A stretch of DNA of 64,000 bases from an uncultured bacterium (GTDB lineage: Bacteria; Fidelibacterota; Marinisomatia; Marinisomatales; UBA1611): positions 326,705-390,704 of the forward strand of contig CBFIBM010000001.1 of the NCBI GenBank assembly GCA_965660855.1, given 5' to 3'. This document shows positions 1 to 10,424 of this stretch, in pieces. Positions within the stretch are counted from its first letter, which is position 1. Each line of letters begins with the position of its first letter. Made by a program: the position numbers and the translations under genes. The notes under the pieces are model-generated. The model worked only from the letters and a program-made list of their open reading frames with translations. It made no database searches and was not told the origin of the DNA.

Positions 1-451
1 CATAACCAATAAGGAGACTGAATAAAAGAATACCTTCTATTCTTGTGTATTGATCATCTGTTGTCCATCCATTAAATCCAAAAAATAAAAAGAAAATTAA
101 AGCAGTTGATATTAATAAGAAAAATCCATCCCTATTAAAAAGTTTAGATGAGGTTGCAATTGGCCTTATCATTGCAGTCCCACCAAGGATGAAACCCAGA
201 TTAAATATATTAGAACCAATAACATTGCCAATAGATATGTCTGTTTGACCAGTTACAGCAGCACTAATAGTTACTGCAAATTCAGGAGCCGATGTACCAA
301 ATGCTACAACTGTTAGTCCAACTACCAAGTCAGAAATCTTTAAACTATGTGCAATTTCAGCAGCAGAATCAACAAGCCAGTCCGCCCCTTTCCAGAGCAT
401 TATAATTGAAATTACTACTAAAATTCCATCTATTATTATGTTTGTGTCCAT
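1..451 (-). CDS. Ca2+/Na+ antiporter, CaCA (YrbG-like) family; N-terminal part only, gene runs off the left edge
   Basis: Absent from the ORF track because it is open at the window edge. Manual minus-strand translation from ATG (451-449) gives MDTNIIIDGILVVISIIMLWKGADWLVDSAAEIAHSLKISDLVVGLTVVAFGTSAPEFAVTISAAVTGQTDISIGNVIGSNIFNLGFILGG. The GTSAPE and GNVIGSNIFN alpha-repeat signatures are typical of CaCA exchangers. Confidence 0.8.
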   Translation of the reverse strand, partial: MDTNIIIDGILVVISIIMLWKGADWLVDSAAEIAHSLKISDLVVGLTVVAFGTSAPEFAVTISAAVTGQTDISIGNVIGSNIFNLGFILGGTAMIRPIATSSKLFNRDGFFLLISTALIFFLFFGFNGWTTDDQYTRIEGILLFSLLIGY

Positions 452-608
452 TTTATTCTACTTCATTAAATTAATTGGAATTAAAATACATTGAAATTTT
501 ATAAATATTAACAATGAATATTACAATTTATGATTTAATTTGGGACTAATATAATCTTAACATTTATACAAAAATTAGTATTTAAACTATCTTGGAAAAC
601 ACTATTTA

Positions 609-1262
609 ATGATTGAGTTTCAAAACGTATCTTACTCACATGAAAAGGGATATGGAGTAAGTAATTTGAATATGAATGTTCCTGATGGAGAATTTGCATT
701 TTTGATCGGACCCACTGGAAGTGGGAAAACAACTCTGATGAGGCTGGTCTATTTTGACTTACTCCCTGATACAGGAATTGTTCGAGTAAATAGTTTTTTA
801 TCTAATAAAATAAAAAAACATCATATACCAAATGCGAGAAAATCTATTGGGATGGTTTTTCAGGATTATAAATTGTTAACCGATAGAACTCTATTCGAGA
901 ATATATCACTGCCTCTTCATGTTTTAGGGTTTAATAATAAAGAAATTAAAAATCGTGTTGACGAAGCTTTAGATCTAGTTGGCTTAACAGGGAAGGAAGA
1001 CCATTCTTCTTTTGAATTATCTGGAGGTGAACAACAAAGAGCCTGCCTTGCAAGAGCAATAATTAAAGAACCAGATGTTATTTTAGCTGATGAACCAACG
1101 GGGAATTTAGATCCCGTAGCATCATTTGAATTGGTAAGACTATTAGAAACTATCAATGAAACTGGAACAACAATTTTGATGGCCTCTCATAATTACAATC
1201 TCATAAAAGGGCGAGGTAGACCCATATATGAGCTTAAAGATGGTAACCTGAGGGTAAGGTAA
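609..1262 (+). CDS. ftsE: Cell division ATP-binding protein FtsE
   Basis: Walker A GPTGSGKTT, ABC signature LSGGEQQR, Walker B ILADEPTGNLD. The 217 aa product is followed after a 2 nt gap by an FtsX-type permease. Confidence 0.9.
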   Translation: MIEFQNVSYSHEKGYGVSNLNMNVPDGEFAFLIGPTGSGKTTLMRLVYFDLLPDTGIVRVNSFLSNKIKKHHIPNARKSIGMVFQDYKLLTDRTLFENISLPLHVLGFNNKEIKNRVDEALDLVGLTGKEDHSSFELSGGEQQRACLARAIIKEPDVILADEPTGNLDPVASFELVRLLETINETGTTILMASHNYNLIKGRGRPIYELKDGNLRVR

Positions 1263-1264
1263 TA

Positions 1265-2137
1265 ATGAATAAGCTTGTTTACCTATTATTTGAAGGTTTT
1301 AAAAATATTATGCGACATAAAATGACTGCTTTTACTGCAGTTTTATCCCTTTTAATCTCTTTATATATTGTAGGTCTACTATCTATTGGTGAGAGCAATA
1401 CATATAAAATATTACAATATCTTAGATCAAAATATAAAATTGAAGTCTTTTTTAATCAATCAGTTGGAAATGAAGAGGCAATTGGTTTAATACATAAAAT
1501 AAAAAAAATCAAGGGTGTTAGAAATGCAACCATTATAGAAAAAGAGGATGCCGTTCGAATTTTCAATGATCAATTTGGTGAAAATATAATTGATATATTA
1601 GGATATAACCCATTACCAGTAAGCGCAGTTATTAATTTAGATAGAAATAAAAAAGAATTAATCAGAGTCGAACCTATTATAAAGTCCATAAAAGAACTTG
1701 GTCAAGTTGAAGAAGTTAAATACCAAGGGAATCTAATAAATAAAATAGAACAAAATTTTAAAAAAGTAACGGATAGAATACCAATTATTACATTCTTAAT
1801 CACAACGATCGCGCTTCTAATAATATACAACACAATTAAATTGTCTATTTATTCTCGAAAGGATTCTATCTATACCTTACAATTAATTGGTGCAAGTAGG
1901 CTATTTGTTAAATCTCCATTTATAATAGAAGGTATTTGCCTTGGATTAATTTCTGTTTTTTTGGTCATTCCATTTTTAGTTTTAACTGTTGAAGCCTTGA
2001 ATTATTTTATATCAAATTTTACATCATTGAATTTAAAATTAATTTTTGATTTACTAACCTTCCTTAAGCTTGCAGCTTTGATCATTTTTATAACATTCAT
2101 TGGTAGCTACAGGGCAGCATCTAGTTTCTTGAAGTAA
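1265..2137 (+). CDS. ftsX: Cell division permease-like protein FtsX
   Basis: 290 aa with an N-terminal TM, an extracytoplasmic domain of about 130 aa and three C-terminal TMs. It is tightly coupled to ftsE. Confidence 0.85.
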   Translation: MNKLVYLLFEGFKNIMRHKMTAFTAVLSLLISLYIVGLLSIGESNTYKILQYLRSKYKIEVFFNQSVGNEEAIGLIHKIKKIKGVRNATIIEKEDAVRIFNDQFGENIIDILGYNPLPVSAVINLDRNKKELIRVEPIIKSIKELGQVEEVKYQGNLINKIEQNFKKVTDRIPIITFLITTIALLIIYNTIKLSIYSRKDSIYTLQLIGASRLFVKSPFIIEGICLGLISVFLVIPFLVLTVEALNYFISNFTSLNLKLIFDLLTFLKLAALIIFITFIGSYRAASSFLK

Positions 2138-2222
2138 TTGCTTTCAATTATTGTTCATTATGGTAAAAAAATAATAAATTTATTTTCTGTATTTAACAGT
2201 AAAATAAAATTTTGAGGTAATA

Positions 2223-2741
2223 GTGGCAAAAACTACAAAAAAAGAAACGAAAAAAGAGAAAAAAACAGCAACAGTAAAACCTAAGAAAAAAGAAACAAAA
2301 TTAGATATTCTCAACAAAGAGTTCCTTGAACTTCAAGACAAACATGTTAGGTTAAAAGCTGAGTTTGATAATTTTAGAAGAAGAAAATCGGAAGAGTTCT
2401 CAAAACTATTACAGTATGATGGAGAGGATGTCATTAAGGGATTCTTACCAATAATTGATGATTTAAAAAGAATGATTGCATCGGAGGAAGAGGCATCCAT
2501 AGATACTATGAAAGATGGTATTCAAATGGTCGATTCAAAAATTAGTAAATTTTTTGAGAAATTAAATATAGAACCATTTGCTGAAAAAGGAGATATGATG
2601 GATGCTGATATGCATGATGCAATGTTAACCAAAAAAGAAGAAAGCATGGAAGATAATTCAATCTTAGAAGTATTTGAAAGTGGTTATACTTATCGAGAAA
2701 AGGTTATTCGTCATGCAAAGGTTATAGTGAACAAAAAGTGA
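2223..2741 (+). CDS. grpE: Nucleotide exchange factor GrpE
   Basis: Hallmark EFDNFRRR motif and a Lys-rich N-terminus. GTG start; 4 nt GTGA overlap with dnaJ. Confidence 0.95.
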   Translation: MAKTTKKETKKEKKTATVKPKKKETKLDILNKEFLELQDKHVRLKAEFDNFRRRKSEEFSKLLQYDGEDVIKGFLPIIDDLKRMIASEEEASIDTMKDGIQMVDSKISKFFEKLNIEPFAEKGDMMDADMHDAMLTKKEESMEDNSILEVFESGYTYREKVIRHAKVIVNKK

Positions 2742-3835
2742 GAGATCTTTATGAAGTGATTGGGGTTCCGAAAGATGCTAGTAATGATCAAATAAAAAAA
2801 TCATATCGTAAACTAGCTTTGAAATATCATCCAGATAAGAATCCTGATAATCCTGAGGCTGAAAAAAAATTTAAGGAAGCTGCAGAAGCGTACGCTGTTT
2901 TAAGTGATCAACAAAAACGGTCAAGATATGATCAATTTGGCCATGCAGGCGTTGGCATGGGAGATAATGCTGGTCATGGTGGCTTTAGAGGTGGTGGTGT
3001 TCATATGAGCATGGATGATATATTCTCTCAGTTTGGTGATATTTTTGGAGGAGGTGGAAGCCCTTTTGATAGTATTTTTGGAGGCGGAAATTCACGAAGA
3101 AGAAGCAAAGGAAATGATGTTCGAATAAAATTAAAATTACCGTATGAAGAAATTCTAAAAGGTGTTGAGAAAAAAATAAAGATTAAAAGAATAGTTGTAG
3201 CTCCTGGAGCTGAATTTAAAACTTGTCCAACCTGTCAAGGTCAAGGGCAAGTCACTACTGTACAGAATACCATTCTTGGTCAGATGAGATCAGCTTCTGT
3301 ATGCCCTCATTGCGAAGGTGCGGGTAAAAGAATAGGTAATCGCCCACCGGGATCAGGGCCTGATGGAATGGTTAGAAAAGAGGAAACAATCAAGATAAAA
3401 GTTCCTGCAGGTGTTGAAGAAGGGAACTATATGACTGTAAATGGGCAGGGAAATGAGGATATAAATGGTAATCCTGGTGATTTAATTGTTGTTTTTGCTG
3501 AAAGTAGTCATGACTACTTTGTAAGAGATGGTGAAAATGTTATCCTTGAATTAAATATTTCATATCCTACTGCTGTACTGGGTGGTAAAATAGAAATACC
3601 AGTAATAGGTGGTAAAGCTGGTCTTAAAATACCTTCTGGTATACAGTCAGGCCAAGTTCTTAGAATGAAAGGTAAGGGATTTCCACGTCTAAGAGGAAGA
3701 TCAAACGGAGACCAATTGGTAAAAATACAGATAAATACCCCTAAAAATATTTCAAGAGGTGTTAAGAAGATTATTGAAAACTTAGGAAAAGAAATTGAAG
3801 ATATAAAAAATCCATTTACTAAAATTGAATTATAA
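2738..3835 (+). CDS. dnaJ: Molecular chaperone DnaJ (only two CxxCxGxG motifs)
   Basis: J-domain with HPD (KYHPDKN), a G/F-rich linker, CPTCQGQG and CPHCEGAG motifs, and C-terminal substrate-binding domains. Confidence 0.95.
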   Translation: MRDLYEVIGVPKDASNDQIKKSYRKLALKYHPDKNPDNPEAEKKFKEAAEAYAVLSDQQKRSRYDQFGHAGVGMGDNAGHGGFRGGGVHMSMDDIFSQFGDIFGGGGSPFDSIFGGGNSRRRSKGNDVRIKLKLPYEEILKGVEKKIKIKRIVVAPGAEFKTCPTCQGQGQVTTVQNTILGQMRSASVCPHCEGAGKRIGNRPPGSGPDGMVRKEETIKIKVPAGVEEGNYMTVNGQGNEDINGNPGDLIVVFAESSHDYFVRDGENVILELNISYPTAVLGGKIEIPVIGGKAGLKIPSGIQSGQVLRMKGKGFPRLRGRSNGDQLVKIQINTPKNISRGVKKIIENLGKEIEDIKNPFTKIEL

Positions 3836-3955
3836 TAATAAAAATATTATAGCTGTTTTAATTTTATTAAAATCCATTATAATAATGTTTATTGTTAAAT
3901 TAAATAATGATAAAAATATATCTAAGATAAAGAAAATAGAATATTTGGGAAAACT

Positions 3956-4699
3956 ATGCTGACAAAACAAAATAAAACTGATTTATTGGAGATAGCTATC
4001 ATTTTTGCAATGTTTTTTCTAATAGTAGTGATTTATGTTCCAGTTGCTATTTGGGAAAAAGAAGAGTTCTTTGAAAAAGAAAGCAGATATAGAATGCAAA
4101 ATGTCTATGATGTTGAAACATTCTATTCACAATTAACTGGAGAATATAATCCCAATTATTTAGAGGCACTTTCCGTAGTGAATGCGGCCCGAGATTCTAC
4201 AGTTGCTGACTCCTTATTCTTTGGTGAACAAAGAATCGTATTATTTGGAAAAGAATTTTCAGTTGATATTAACGAATCGTTTACTTTTGAATATGATACA
4301 ACCTTCGGTATTAAAAGTTTTAGAAAAGATACTATAAATGATACTACCCTGCAAATTGCTGTTTTTTCTAAAGATTTAGGTCGTAACGACACAAGTTTTA
4401 TCAGAAAAAGAGATTTAAATCTTTATAATCAAAATGAAGATTTTATAGGTGTTGTAAATGAAGAACCCTTAAAACGCGTTGAGGCAATTGAATATTACAA
4501 GACCAATATTCCAGACTCCACAACTTTTTATTGTCCTCTTTCAAATGAACCTTATGATTTAGAAATAAATAGCGATGGAACTCAATTATCAGTATCTAGT
4601 CCTATAGATGATCCTATAACAGAATCCAGGTATTTGATTTTTGCATTTAGAGCTGGTAGCCATGGTGTGATTCAAGGTGGAAGACGAAGTTGGGATTAA
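3956..4699 (+). CDS. Hypothetical membrane-anchored protein with pilin-like N-terminal helix
   Basis: 247 aa ORF with a single N-terminal hydrophobic helix, TDLLEIAIIFAMFFLIVVIYVP. I recognise no family for the remainder. Confidence 0.6.
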   Translation: MLTKQNKTDLLEIAIIFAMFFLIVVIYVPVAIWEKEEFFEKESRYRMQNVYDVETFYSQLTGEYNPNYLEALSVVNAARDSTVADSLFFGEQRIVLFGKEFSVDINESFTFEYDTTFGIKSFRKDTINDTTLQIAVFSKDLGRNDTSFIRKRDLNLYNQNEDFIGVVNEEPLKRVEAIEYYKTNIPDSTTFYCPLSNEPYDLEINSDGTQLSVSSPIDDPITESRYLIFAFRAGSHGVIQGGRRSWD

Positions 4700-4714
4700 A
4701 TTAATATACCTATT

Positions 4715-6463
4715 ATGATTGGCATCGTCATATCAGATTCCTTCTTGCTCACTGGAAAGTGGGAAGAAAGTGATGTCGGGTGGACGCTTAATGCCATTGA
4801 GAAAATAGATTTTACCGAATCTATATTTCCTATTCTCTTCAATGAAAACGAGCTCAACTCAATTCTTGCTTCAGCACTAAGAAAAGCAAAAGAAATTCAT
4901 TCATTTGATGCTGTTGATGTCCTAGTTGGTCTTCCAGACTTATTTGTTGAACATTCAGTTGTAGAGAAAGATCAAGATTTATCCAAAGGAGATTATCTAG
5001 ATTATTTTCAATGGTTAGAGAAACAAAAAGGAAGACCTTCAAATCAAGAAGTTTATACTTACGGCCAAATTTATTACCCCGCTGAAAGTAATATTCATAT
5101 TTGCACTGTACCCAAATCATTGGTAAGAACTTTAAAGTTGTCCATTACAGAAATGGGAGGGTATACAAAGTGGATGGGGCCAGTAAGTACGCTTTATTTA
5201 GATGGATCAAGTATATCTGAAGCTGCATTAATTCATAGAAGTGGAAGCAAGTATTCTTTTATGAAAGTTCAAAATAACAGATTTGATATGGGAGTTGTAA
5301 CCTTTTCAGGTGGAATAGCGCGAGTGGCCTCTACTACAGATTCAAGCGAGGATGTTACACTTGCGGCTTTGGGCTTAGAGAAGTCTGACCTAGATGATAT
5401 ACCCGTGTTTTGTCCACAAAAATTAGGTAGGCAAGCAACAAGTGCATGGGAATTTTCGGATTTTCGGCCAAGTATACCATTTGAAAATGTTAATTTAGCT
5501 GTTCCTATTAATCCAAAAATTCCTCGATATGAAGCTAATATTTTATCACAGTTAATTACCTCAAATTGTATTGGTTTTTCAATGAATTTTTTTGAGGAGC
5601 CAGGAATTACAGAATTCTTTTTTACTCAAGTAATTCCAACCTCTATAAATCAAGAAGAGGCTACTGATAAAACTGTAAATCCAATCGAAGATTTAGATAG
5701 CGCTGATAGTGAATCAGATGATGAAGAAATTTCAAATGTTCAAAATTCCCAATCGATTACAAATTTTTCTCTGGTAGTTTTTCTTATTGTTTTACTTTTT
5801 ATTGCTTTCAACTATATGAAGCTTCAAGATCAGATAAATAATTCATTTTTTGGAATTAAAGATACATTTAAGATTGAACGGTCAGGTTTTGATTCATCTG
5901 CAGTTTCAAAGGGAAAAATAGAGTCAGCAAATACAGATTTATTGAGGAATTCAAAAGCGATCTCTTCATCAATATTAAGTTTATTAACTGAAACAGATTT
6001 AAATCGTTATAATGCATTAACAATAACAAAATCATTTTTAAGTCTTGAATATTTAAGCGGATCTAACCCAAACATAGAGAACATACTAGGAATAGATCCT
6101 ACATCTTTTTCTGTTGAGGCTACCGGTAAAGATAGCACTGTTTTTTTGTGGTATTATAGTTTTGAACTACCCATTCCAGATAACGACATAATTCCTGGTA
6201 AAATTAATAAAATAGATTTAATGGAGCAGCTAGATACCACTCTTACTGATTATTCTTTAAAATATTTTGAACAAGTATTTACAAAAAACCAAATTTATGG
6301 TCCGCTTTTGATTTGGGTTAGAGGGAAAGCTGATATTCTCCAAGCAAGCGCTATCTTTTCTAATGTTGATAATGATATCCTATTAAGAAAATTTGTTTTA
6401 TTTAATAAATCAGATAAACCAAATCCAAGAGCAGGTTTTTACGTATCAATCCTTGAAGATTAA
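4715..6463 (+). CDS. Hypothetical bitopic membrane protein (cytoplasmic N-domain, acidic linker, one TM, C-terminal domain)
   Basis: 582 aa ORF with an acidic stretch DLDSADSESDDEE followed by the TM FSLVVFLIVLLFIAFNYM. No family assigned. Confidence 0.65.
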   Translation: MIGIVISDSFLLTGKWEESDVGWTLNAIEKIDFTESIFPILFNENELNSILASALRKAKEIHSFDAVDVLVGLPDLFVEHSVVEKDQDLSKGDYLDYFQWLEKQKGRPSNQEVYTYGQIYYPAESNIHICTVPKSLVRTLKLSITEMGGYTKWMGPVSTLYLDGSSISEAALIHRSGSKYSFMKVQNNRFDMGVVTFSGGIARVASTTDSSEDVTLAALGLEKSDLDDIPVFCPQKLGRQATSAWEFSDFRPSIPFENVNLAVPINPKIPRYEANILSQLITSNCIGFSMNFFEEPGITEFFFTQVIPTSINQEEATDKTVNPIEDLDSADSESDDEEISNVQNSQSITNFSLVVFLIVLLFIAFNYMKLQDQINNSFFGIKDTFKIERSGFDSSAVSKGKIESANTDLLRNSKAISSSILSLLTETDLNRYNALTITKSFLSLEYLSGSNPNIENILGIDPTSFSVEATGKDSTVFLWYYSFELPIPDNDIIPGKINKIDLMEQLDTTLTDYSLKYFEQVFTKNQIYGPLLIWVRGKADILQASAIFSNVDNDILLRKFVLFNKSDKPNPRAGFYVSILED

Positions 6464-6976
6464 ATGAAAATAATCAGTGGAAAGTTTGGTAGCCGAAAAA
6501 TTATTACAAGTAAAAAACTTTTATATAGACCAACTAAATCCAGAGTCAGGAAAAGTTTATTTGATACCTTGAATCCATATAATTATGAAAATGTCTTAGA
6601 CTTATTTGCAGGTTCTGGGATTTTAGGTTTTGAAGCTGCTAGTAGAGGAGGTAGCGATATTACTTTTGTAGAAAATGATTATAAAATTATGGAGAAAATA
6701 AAGAAAAATGCCTTATTACTAGAGGGTCCTAGCTATAATTTTATTGTTGATAATGTATTTTCTTTTATACAATATACAAAAAATAGATTTGATCTCATTT
6801 TTGCAGATCCACCTTATGAAAAATATGATTTATCTTTGTTAATAAAACAAATTCCAACTTTATTAAATACCAACGGGAAATTTATTTTAGAGTGTACGAA
6901 AAATCAAAATCTATTAGATGGTGTAAAATATGTTGATTATGGCACGTCTAGGATCTTTATTTGGGAAAATTCATGA
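6464..6976 (+). CDS. rsmD: 16S rRNA (guanine966-N2)-methyltransferase RsmD
   Basis: DPPY motif (FADPPYEKY) and SAM-binding DLFAGSGILGFEA; 170 aa. Confidence 0.9.
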   Translation: MKIISGKFGSRKIITSKKLLYRPTKSRVRKSLFDTLNPYNYENVLDLFAGSGILGFEAASRGGSDITFVENDYKIMEKIKKNALLLEGPSYNFIVDNVFSFIQYTKNRFDLIFADPPYEKYDLSLLIKQIPTLLNTNGKFILECTKNQNLLDGVKYVDYGTSRIFIWENS

Positions 6977-7452
6977 AAAAAATTATTTATCCTGGAACAT
7001 TTGATCCAATACACAATGGACATTTAGATATTGCAAAAAGAGCCTCTAATTTATTTGATGAAGTTGAATTTGTTCTAGCCATAAATGGGCAAAAACAACC
7101 TCTATTTTCTATTGAAGAAAGATTGAAAATGATACGAGATTCAGTGAATGATATTAATAATATTAAAGTTAGTTTTTTTGAAGGTTTAGTTGTTGATCAC
7201 GCAAAAGCGGTAAAAGCAAATTCAATTATTCGAGGAATGAGACATGTAAGTGATTTTGAATATGAATTTCAAATGGCTATGATGAATTTTCATTTAGATC
7301 CAAAAATAACCTCATTATTCATGATGCCAGATGAAAAGTATATTCATTTAAATTCCACATTAATTAAGGATGTTGTTAAAAATGGAGGAGATGTTTCTAA
7401 ATTTGTACCAAAATCTGTTTATAATGAATTATTATCTAAATATTCTGACTAA
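6973..7452 (+). CDS. coaD: Phosphopantetheine adenylyltransferase CoaD
   Basis: YPGTFDPIHNGHLDI nucleotidyltransferase motif. I prefer ATG 6973 (ATGA overlap with the rsmD stop) over the TTG at 6961 used in the ORF track. Confidence 0.95.
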   Translation: MKKIIYPGTFDPIHNGHLDIAKRASNLFDEVEFVLAINGQKQPLFSIEERLKMIRDSVNDINNIKVSFFEGLVVDHAKAVKANSIIRGMRHVSDFEYEFQMAMMNFHLDPKITSLFMMPDEKYIHLNSTLIKDVVKNGGDVSKFVPKSVYNELLSKYSD

Positions 7453-7496
7453 ATCTTTTTAATTTAAAATACTCAAAGAAACAAAAATTTTATTTA

Positions 7497-7790
7497 ATGC
7501 CAACCTACGATTATTTATGTAATACTTGCGGAGAAAAGTTTGAGCATTTTCAATCAATGTCAAGCCCTGCTCTTAAACAGCGTCCTGAATGTGAAAAGGA
7601 TGACTGTAATGTAAAGCGTATTGTTAGCGGGGGCACCGGATTAATTTTTAAAGGGTCTGGATTTTATTTAACAGATTATGGAAAACCAAAATCTGAAAAA
7701 TCACGAGACGAAAAAACTAATAAAAGTACTAAAAAAGAAAAAAAGAAAAAAAATATTTCAAAAAATAAAACAAGGAAAACCAGTAAATGA
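7497..7790 (+). CDS. FmdB-family zinc-ribbon protein with Lys-rich tail
   Basis: N-terminal [16 protein letters not shown]...RPECEKDDC (CxxC...CxxxxC) and a poly-Lys C-terminus. ATGA overlap with icd. Confidence 0.8.
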   Translation: MPTYDYLCNTCGEKFEHFQSMSSPALKQRPECEKDDCNVKRIVSGGTGLIFKGSGFYLTDYGKPKSEKSRDEKTNKSTKKEKKKKNISKNKTRKTSK

Positions 7791-9010
7791 GCTCATCTAA
7801 ATCTATATCCATGGAAAATGGAAAATTAATTGTTCCAGATAATCCAGTTATTCCATTTATTGAAGGAGATGGGATTGGTCCTGATATTTGGAGAGCCTCT
7901 GTTAAAGTTTTCGATGCAGCAGTTAATAAAGCTTTTCACGGAGATAAAAATATAGAATGGTTAGAGGTCCTTGCAGGTGAGAAAGCATTTGAAGCTACAG
8001 GTGAGTGGTTACCTCAAGATACATTAGATACAATTACAAAGTATAGTGTCGCAATAAAAGGCCCTCTGACAACCCCAGTTGGAGGAGGTATTCGGTCTTT
8101 AAATGTTGCTTTGAGGCAGAAATTGGACTTATATGCCTGTGTACGTCCAGTAAGATGGTTTAACGGTGTTCCATCACCAGTGAAAGAACCAAACTTAGTT
8201 GATATGGTTATATTCCGAGAAAACACTGAGGATATATATGCTGGAATTGAATGGATGCATGGTAGTGAAGGCTTGGAAAAAGTGAAATCATTTTTAATGA
8301 ATGATATGGGTGTTACAAATATTAGATTTCCAGATACTGTAAGTTTAGGTGTAAAACCTGTATCTAAAGAAGGTACGGAAAGAATTGTTAAAGCAGCAAT
8401 TGAAGACGCCCTAAAACATAATCGTAAATCAGTCACCCTAGTACACAAAGGGAACATTATGAAATATACTGAAGGTGGATTTCGAGATTGGGGATACCAA
8501 TTAGTAAAAAATGAATACTCTTCTGAAGATCTTGACGGTGGGCCGTGGCAAACTATACGTAGGAACGGTAAAGAGTTAATTGTAAAAGATGTGATCGCAG
8601 ATGCATTTTTACAGCAAATTTTACTAAGGCCAAGTGAATATGATGTTATTGCCACATTAAATTTAAATGGAGATTATATCTCAGATGCTCTCGCAGCTAT
8701 TGTCGGAGGTATAGGCATTGCTCCAGGTGCTAACATTAATTATGTTAGTGGTCATGCTATTTTTGAAGCAACTCATGGAACAGCTCCAAAATATGCTGGA
8801 AAGGATCAAGTCAACCCAAGCTCAGTCATCCTTTCAGGCGTTATGATGTTAGAGTACCTAGGGTGGCAAGATGCTGCTGATTTAATTGTTAAAGGGATTG
8901 AAGGTGCAATTTCAAATAAACGGGTAACTTACGATTTTCATAGGCTAATGGAAGGTGCAACAAAGTTAAAATGTTCTGAGTTTGGAGATGAAATCATATC
9001 AAATATGTAA
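7787..9010 (+). CDS. icd: NADP-dependent isocitrate dehydrogenase
   Basis: 407 aa prokaryotic-type IDH. Recognisable stretches include [32 protein letters not shown] and [13 protein letters not shown]. Confidence 0.95.
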   Translation: MSSSKSISMENGKLIVPDNPVIPFIEGDGIGPDIWRASVKVFDAAVNKAFHGDKNIEWLEVLAGEKAFEATGEWLPQDTLDTITKYSVAIKGPLTTPVGGGIRSLNVALRQKLDLYACVRPVRWFNGVPSPVKEPNLVDMVIFRENTEDIYAGIEWMHGSEGLEKVKSFLMNDMGVTNIRFPDTVSLGVKPVSKEGTERIVKAAIEDALKHNRKSVTLVHKGNIMKYTEGGFRDWGYQLVKNEYSSEDLDGGPWQTIRRNGKELIVKDVIADAFLQQILLRPSEYDVIATLNLNGDYISDALAAIVGGIGIAPGANINYVSGHAIFEATHGTAPKYAGKDQVNPSSVILSGVMMLEYLGWQDAADLIVKGIEGAISNKRVTYDFHRLMEGATKLKCSEFGDEIISNM

Positions 9011-9068
9011 TTTCTATCAATACTTATTTAATCTAATGCAATTTATTAATTGACCACTGCTAAGTGTA

Positions 9069-10034
9069 ATGTTTATTGATTTTACAGAGGTTGATTTGTT
9101 CGCTGGTAGCGGTGGAAAAGGTGCTGTCAGCTTTAGGAGAGAAAAGTTCATACCACTAGGTGGTCCAGATGGTGGTGATGGCGGTCGAGGCGGGCATATA
9201 ATATTTAAAGCAGACTCCAATCTAAGAACTTTACAAGATGTAAGATATAATAGAAAATATCGTGCTGAAAATGGATTTGGTGGTGGTAGTTCAAGAAAAA
9301 CTGGTAGAAGTGGGAAAGATAAAATTATAAAAGTTCCAGTTGGAACTATAATAAAGAGAAAAACATCTCAAGAAATAATTGGTGATTTAACTTCAGATAC
9401 TGATACTGTTATTGCCTGTAGTGGTGGCCGTGGGGGTAAAGGGAACATACGTTTTAAATCATCAACAAACAGGGCACCTAGAAAATCTCAACCAGGTGAG
9501 CAAGGTGAACATGGTTGTTTTGAAATTGAATTGAAGATTTTAGCAGATGTCGGATTAGTTGGTATGCCTAACGCTGGAAAATCAACATTACTTTCTCATA
9601 TTTCTGCAGCGAAACCAAAGATTGCTGACTATCCTTTTACAACGTTAGAGCCCAATCTTGGCATTGTTAAGTATGGAGAATACAAATCTTTTGTTATGGC
9701 TGATATACCAGGTCTTATTGAAGGAGCAAGTAAAGGTAGAGGTCTTGGACATAAATTTTTAAAACATGTTGAGAGGAATAAAGTTTTATTATACTTGATA
9801 GAAACTATCGACCCGCATCCATTTAAAACATTCAAAATGCTTGAAAAGGAGGTTCTTGATTTTAATCCTGATTTAATAGCAAAACCTGTAGTGATATGTA
9901 GAACAAAATCAGATATTAATTTTGATTTATCCGAAGAATGGAGGGAGTTTAACCAGAATGTTAATATAATATCATCAGTTTCAGGAGATGGCCTTAATAA
10001 ACTGATTGATATTTTAAGTGGGTTAATTAGTTAA
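9069..10034 (+). CDS. obg: GTPase Obg/CgtA
   Basis: Gly-rich Obg fold (GGPDGGDGGRGG, GGRGGKGN) with G1 GMPNAGKST and G3 DIPGLIEGA. Confidence 0.95.
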   Translation: MFIDFTEVDLFAGSGGKGAVSFRREKFIPLGGPDGGDGGRGGHIIFKADSNLRTLQDVRYNRKYRAENGFGGGSSRKTGRSGKDKIIKVPVGTIIKRKTSQEIIGDLTSDTDTVIACSGGRGGKGNIRFKSSTNRAPRKSQPGEQGEHGCFEIELKILADVGLVGMPNAGKSTLLSHISAAKPKIADYPFTTLEPNLGIVKYGEYKSFVMADIPGLIEGASKGRGLGHKFLKHVERNKVLLYLIETIDPHPFKTFKMLEKEVLDFNPDLIAKPVVICRTKSDINFDLSEEWREFNQNVNIISSVSGDGLNKLIDILSGLIS

Positions 10035-10084
10035 AATACTCATTTTTAGATCTGATTATAATTATTAATTTTAGTGTGATTTTT

Positions 10085-10171
10085 GGAGAGGTGGCCGAGT
10101 GGCTGAAGGCGCTTCCCTGCTAAGGAAGTAACATCGTAAGGTGTTCGTGGGTTCGAATCCCACCCTCTCCG
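10085..10171 (+). tRNA. tRNA-Ser (anticodon GCT)
   Basis: Hand-folded cloverleaf. Acceptor GGAGAGG/CCTCTCC, anticodon stem CTTCC/GGAAG with loop CTGCTAA, a long variable arm, and T-arm GTGGG-TTCGAAT-CCCAC. No CCA is encoded. Confidence 0.9.
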
Positions 10172-10190
10172 CAGTAACTCTGTCGATAAT

Positions 10191-10212
10191 AAAGTCCCTT
10201 GCAAGGACTTTT
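10191..10212 (+). terminator. Possible intrinsic terminator after tRNA-Ser
   Basis: 7 bp stem AAAGTCC/GGACTTT with a 7 nt loop. The T-run is short, so this is weak. Confidence 0.35.
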
Positions 10213-10424
10213 AACACCAGCGGGAATGATATTTAACCAAAGAAAAACCTATTTTTCGAATTTCTCATAAATATCAATTTGTATTTAGATTTTTTTATTA
10301 AGTTAAAATTAAGATTTTTAGTATAAAAACTACCATTGACCTAGAAGCAATTATTGGATTTTTTTTAGCTAATTGTTATCATAATTTTGAAATCATATAA
10401 ACTCATAACTAGTATATAAAATAA

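Noticed and set aside
8014-8655. 213 aa antisense ORF inside icd, and the many other 60-110 aa antisense or alternative-frame ORFs in the track (for example 535-732, 917-1156, 4156-4392, 13565-13816, 45941-46264, 53786-54106)
   Set aside because: All lie fully within strongly supported genes on the other strand or frame. They have low-complexity or Ser/Pro/Leu-rich translations with no recognisable motifs, as expected by chance in an AT-rich genome.
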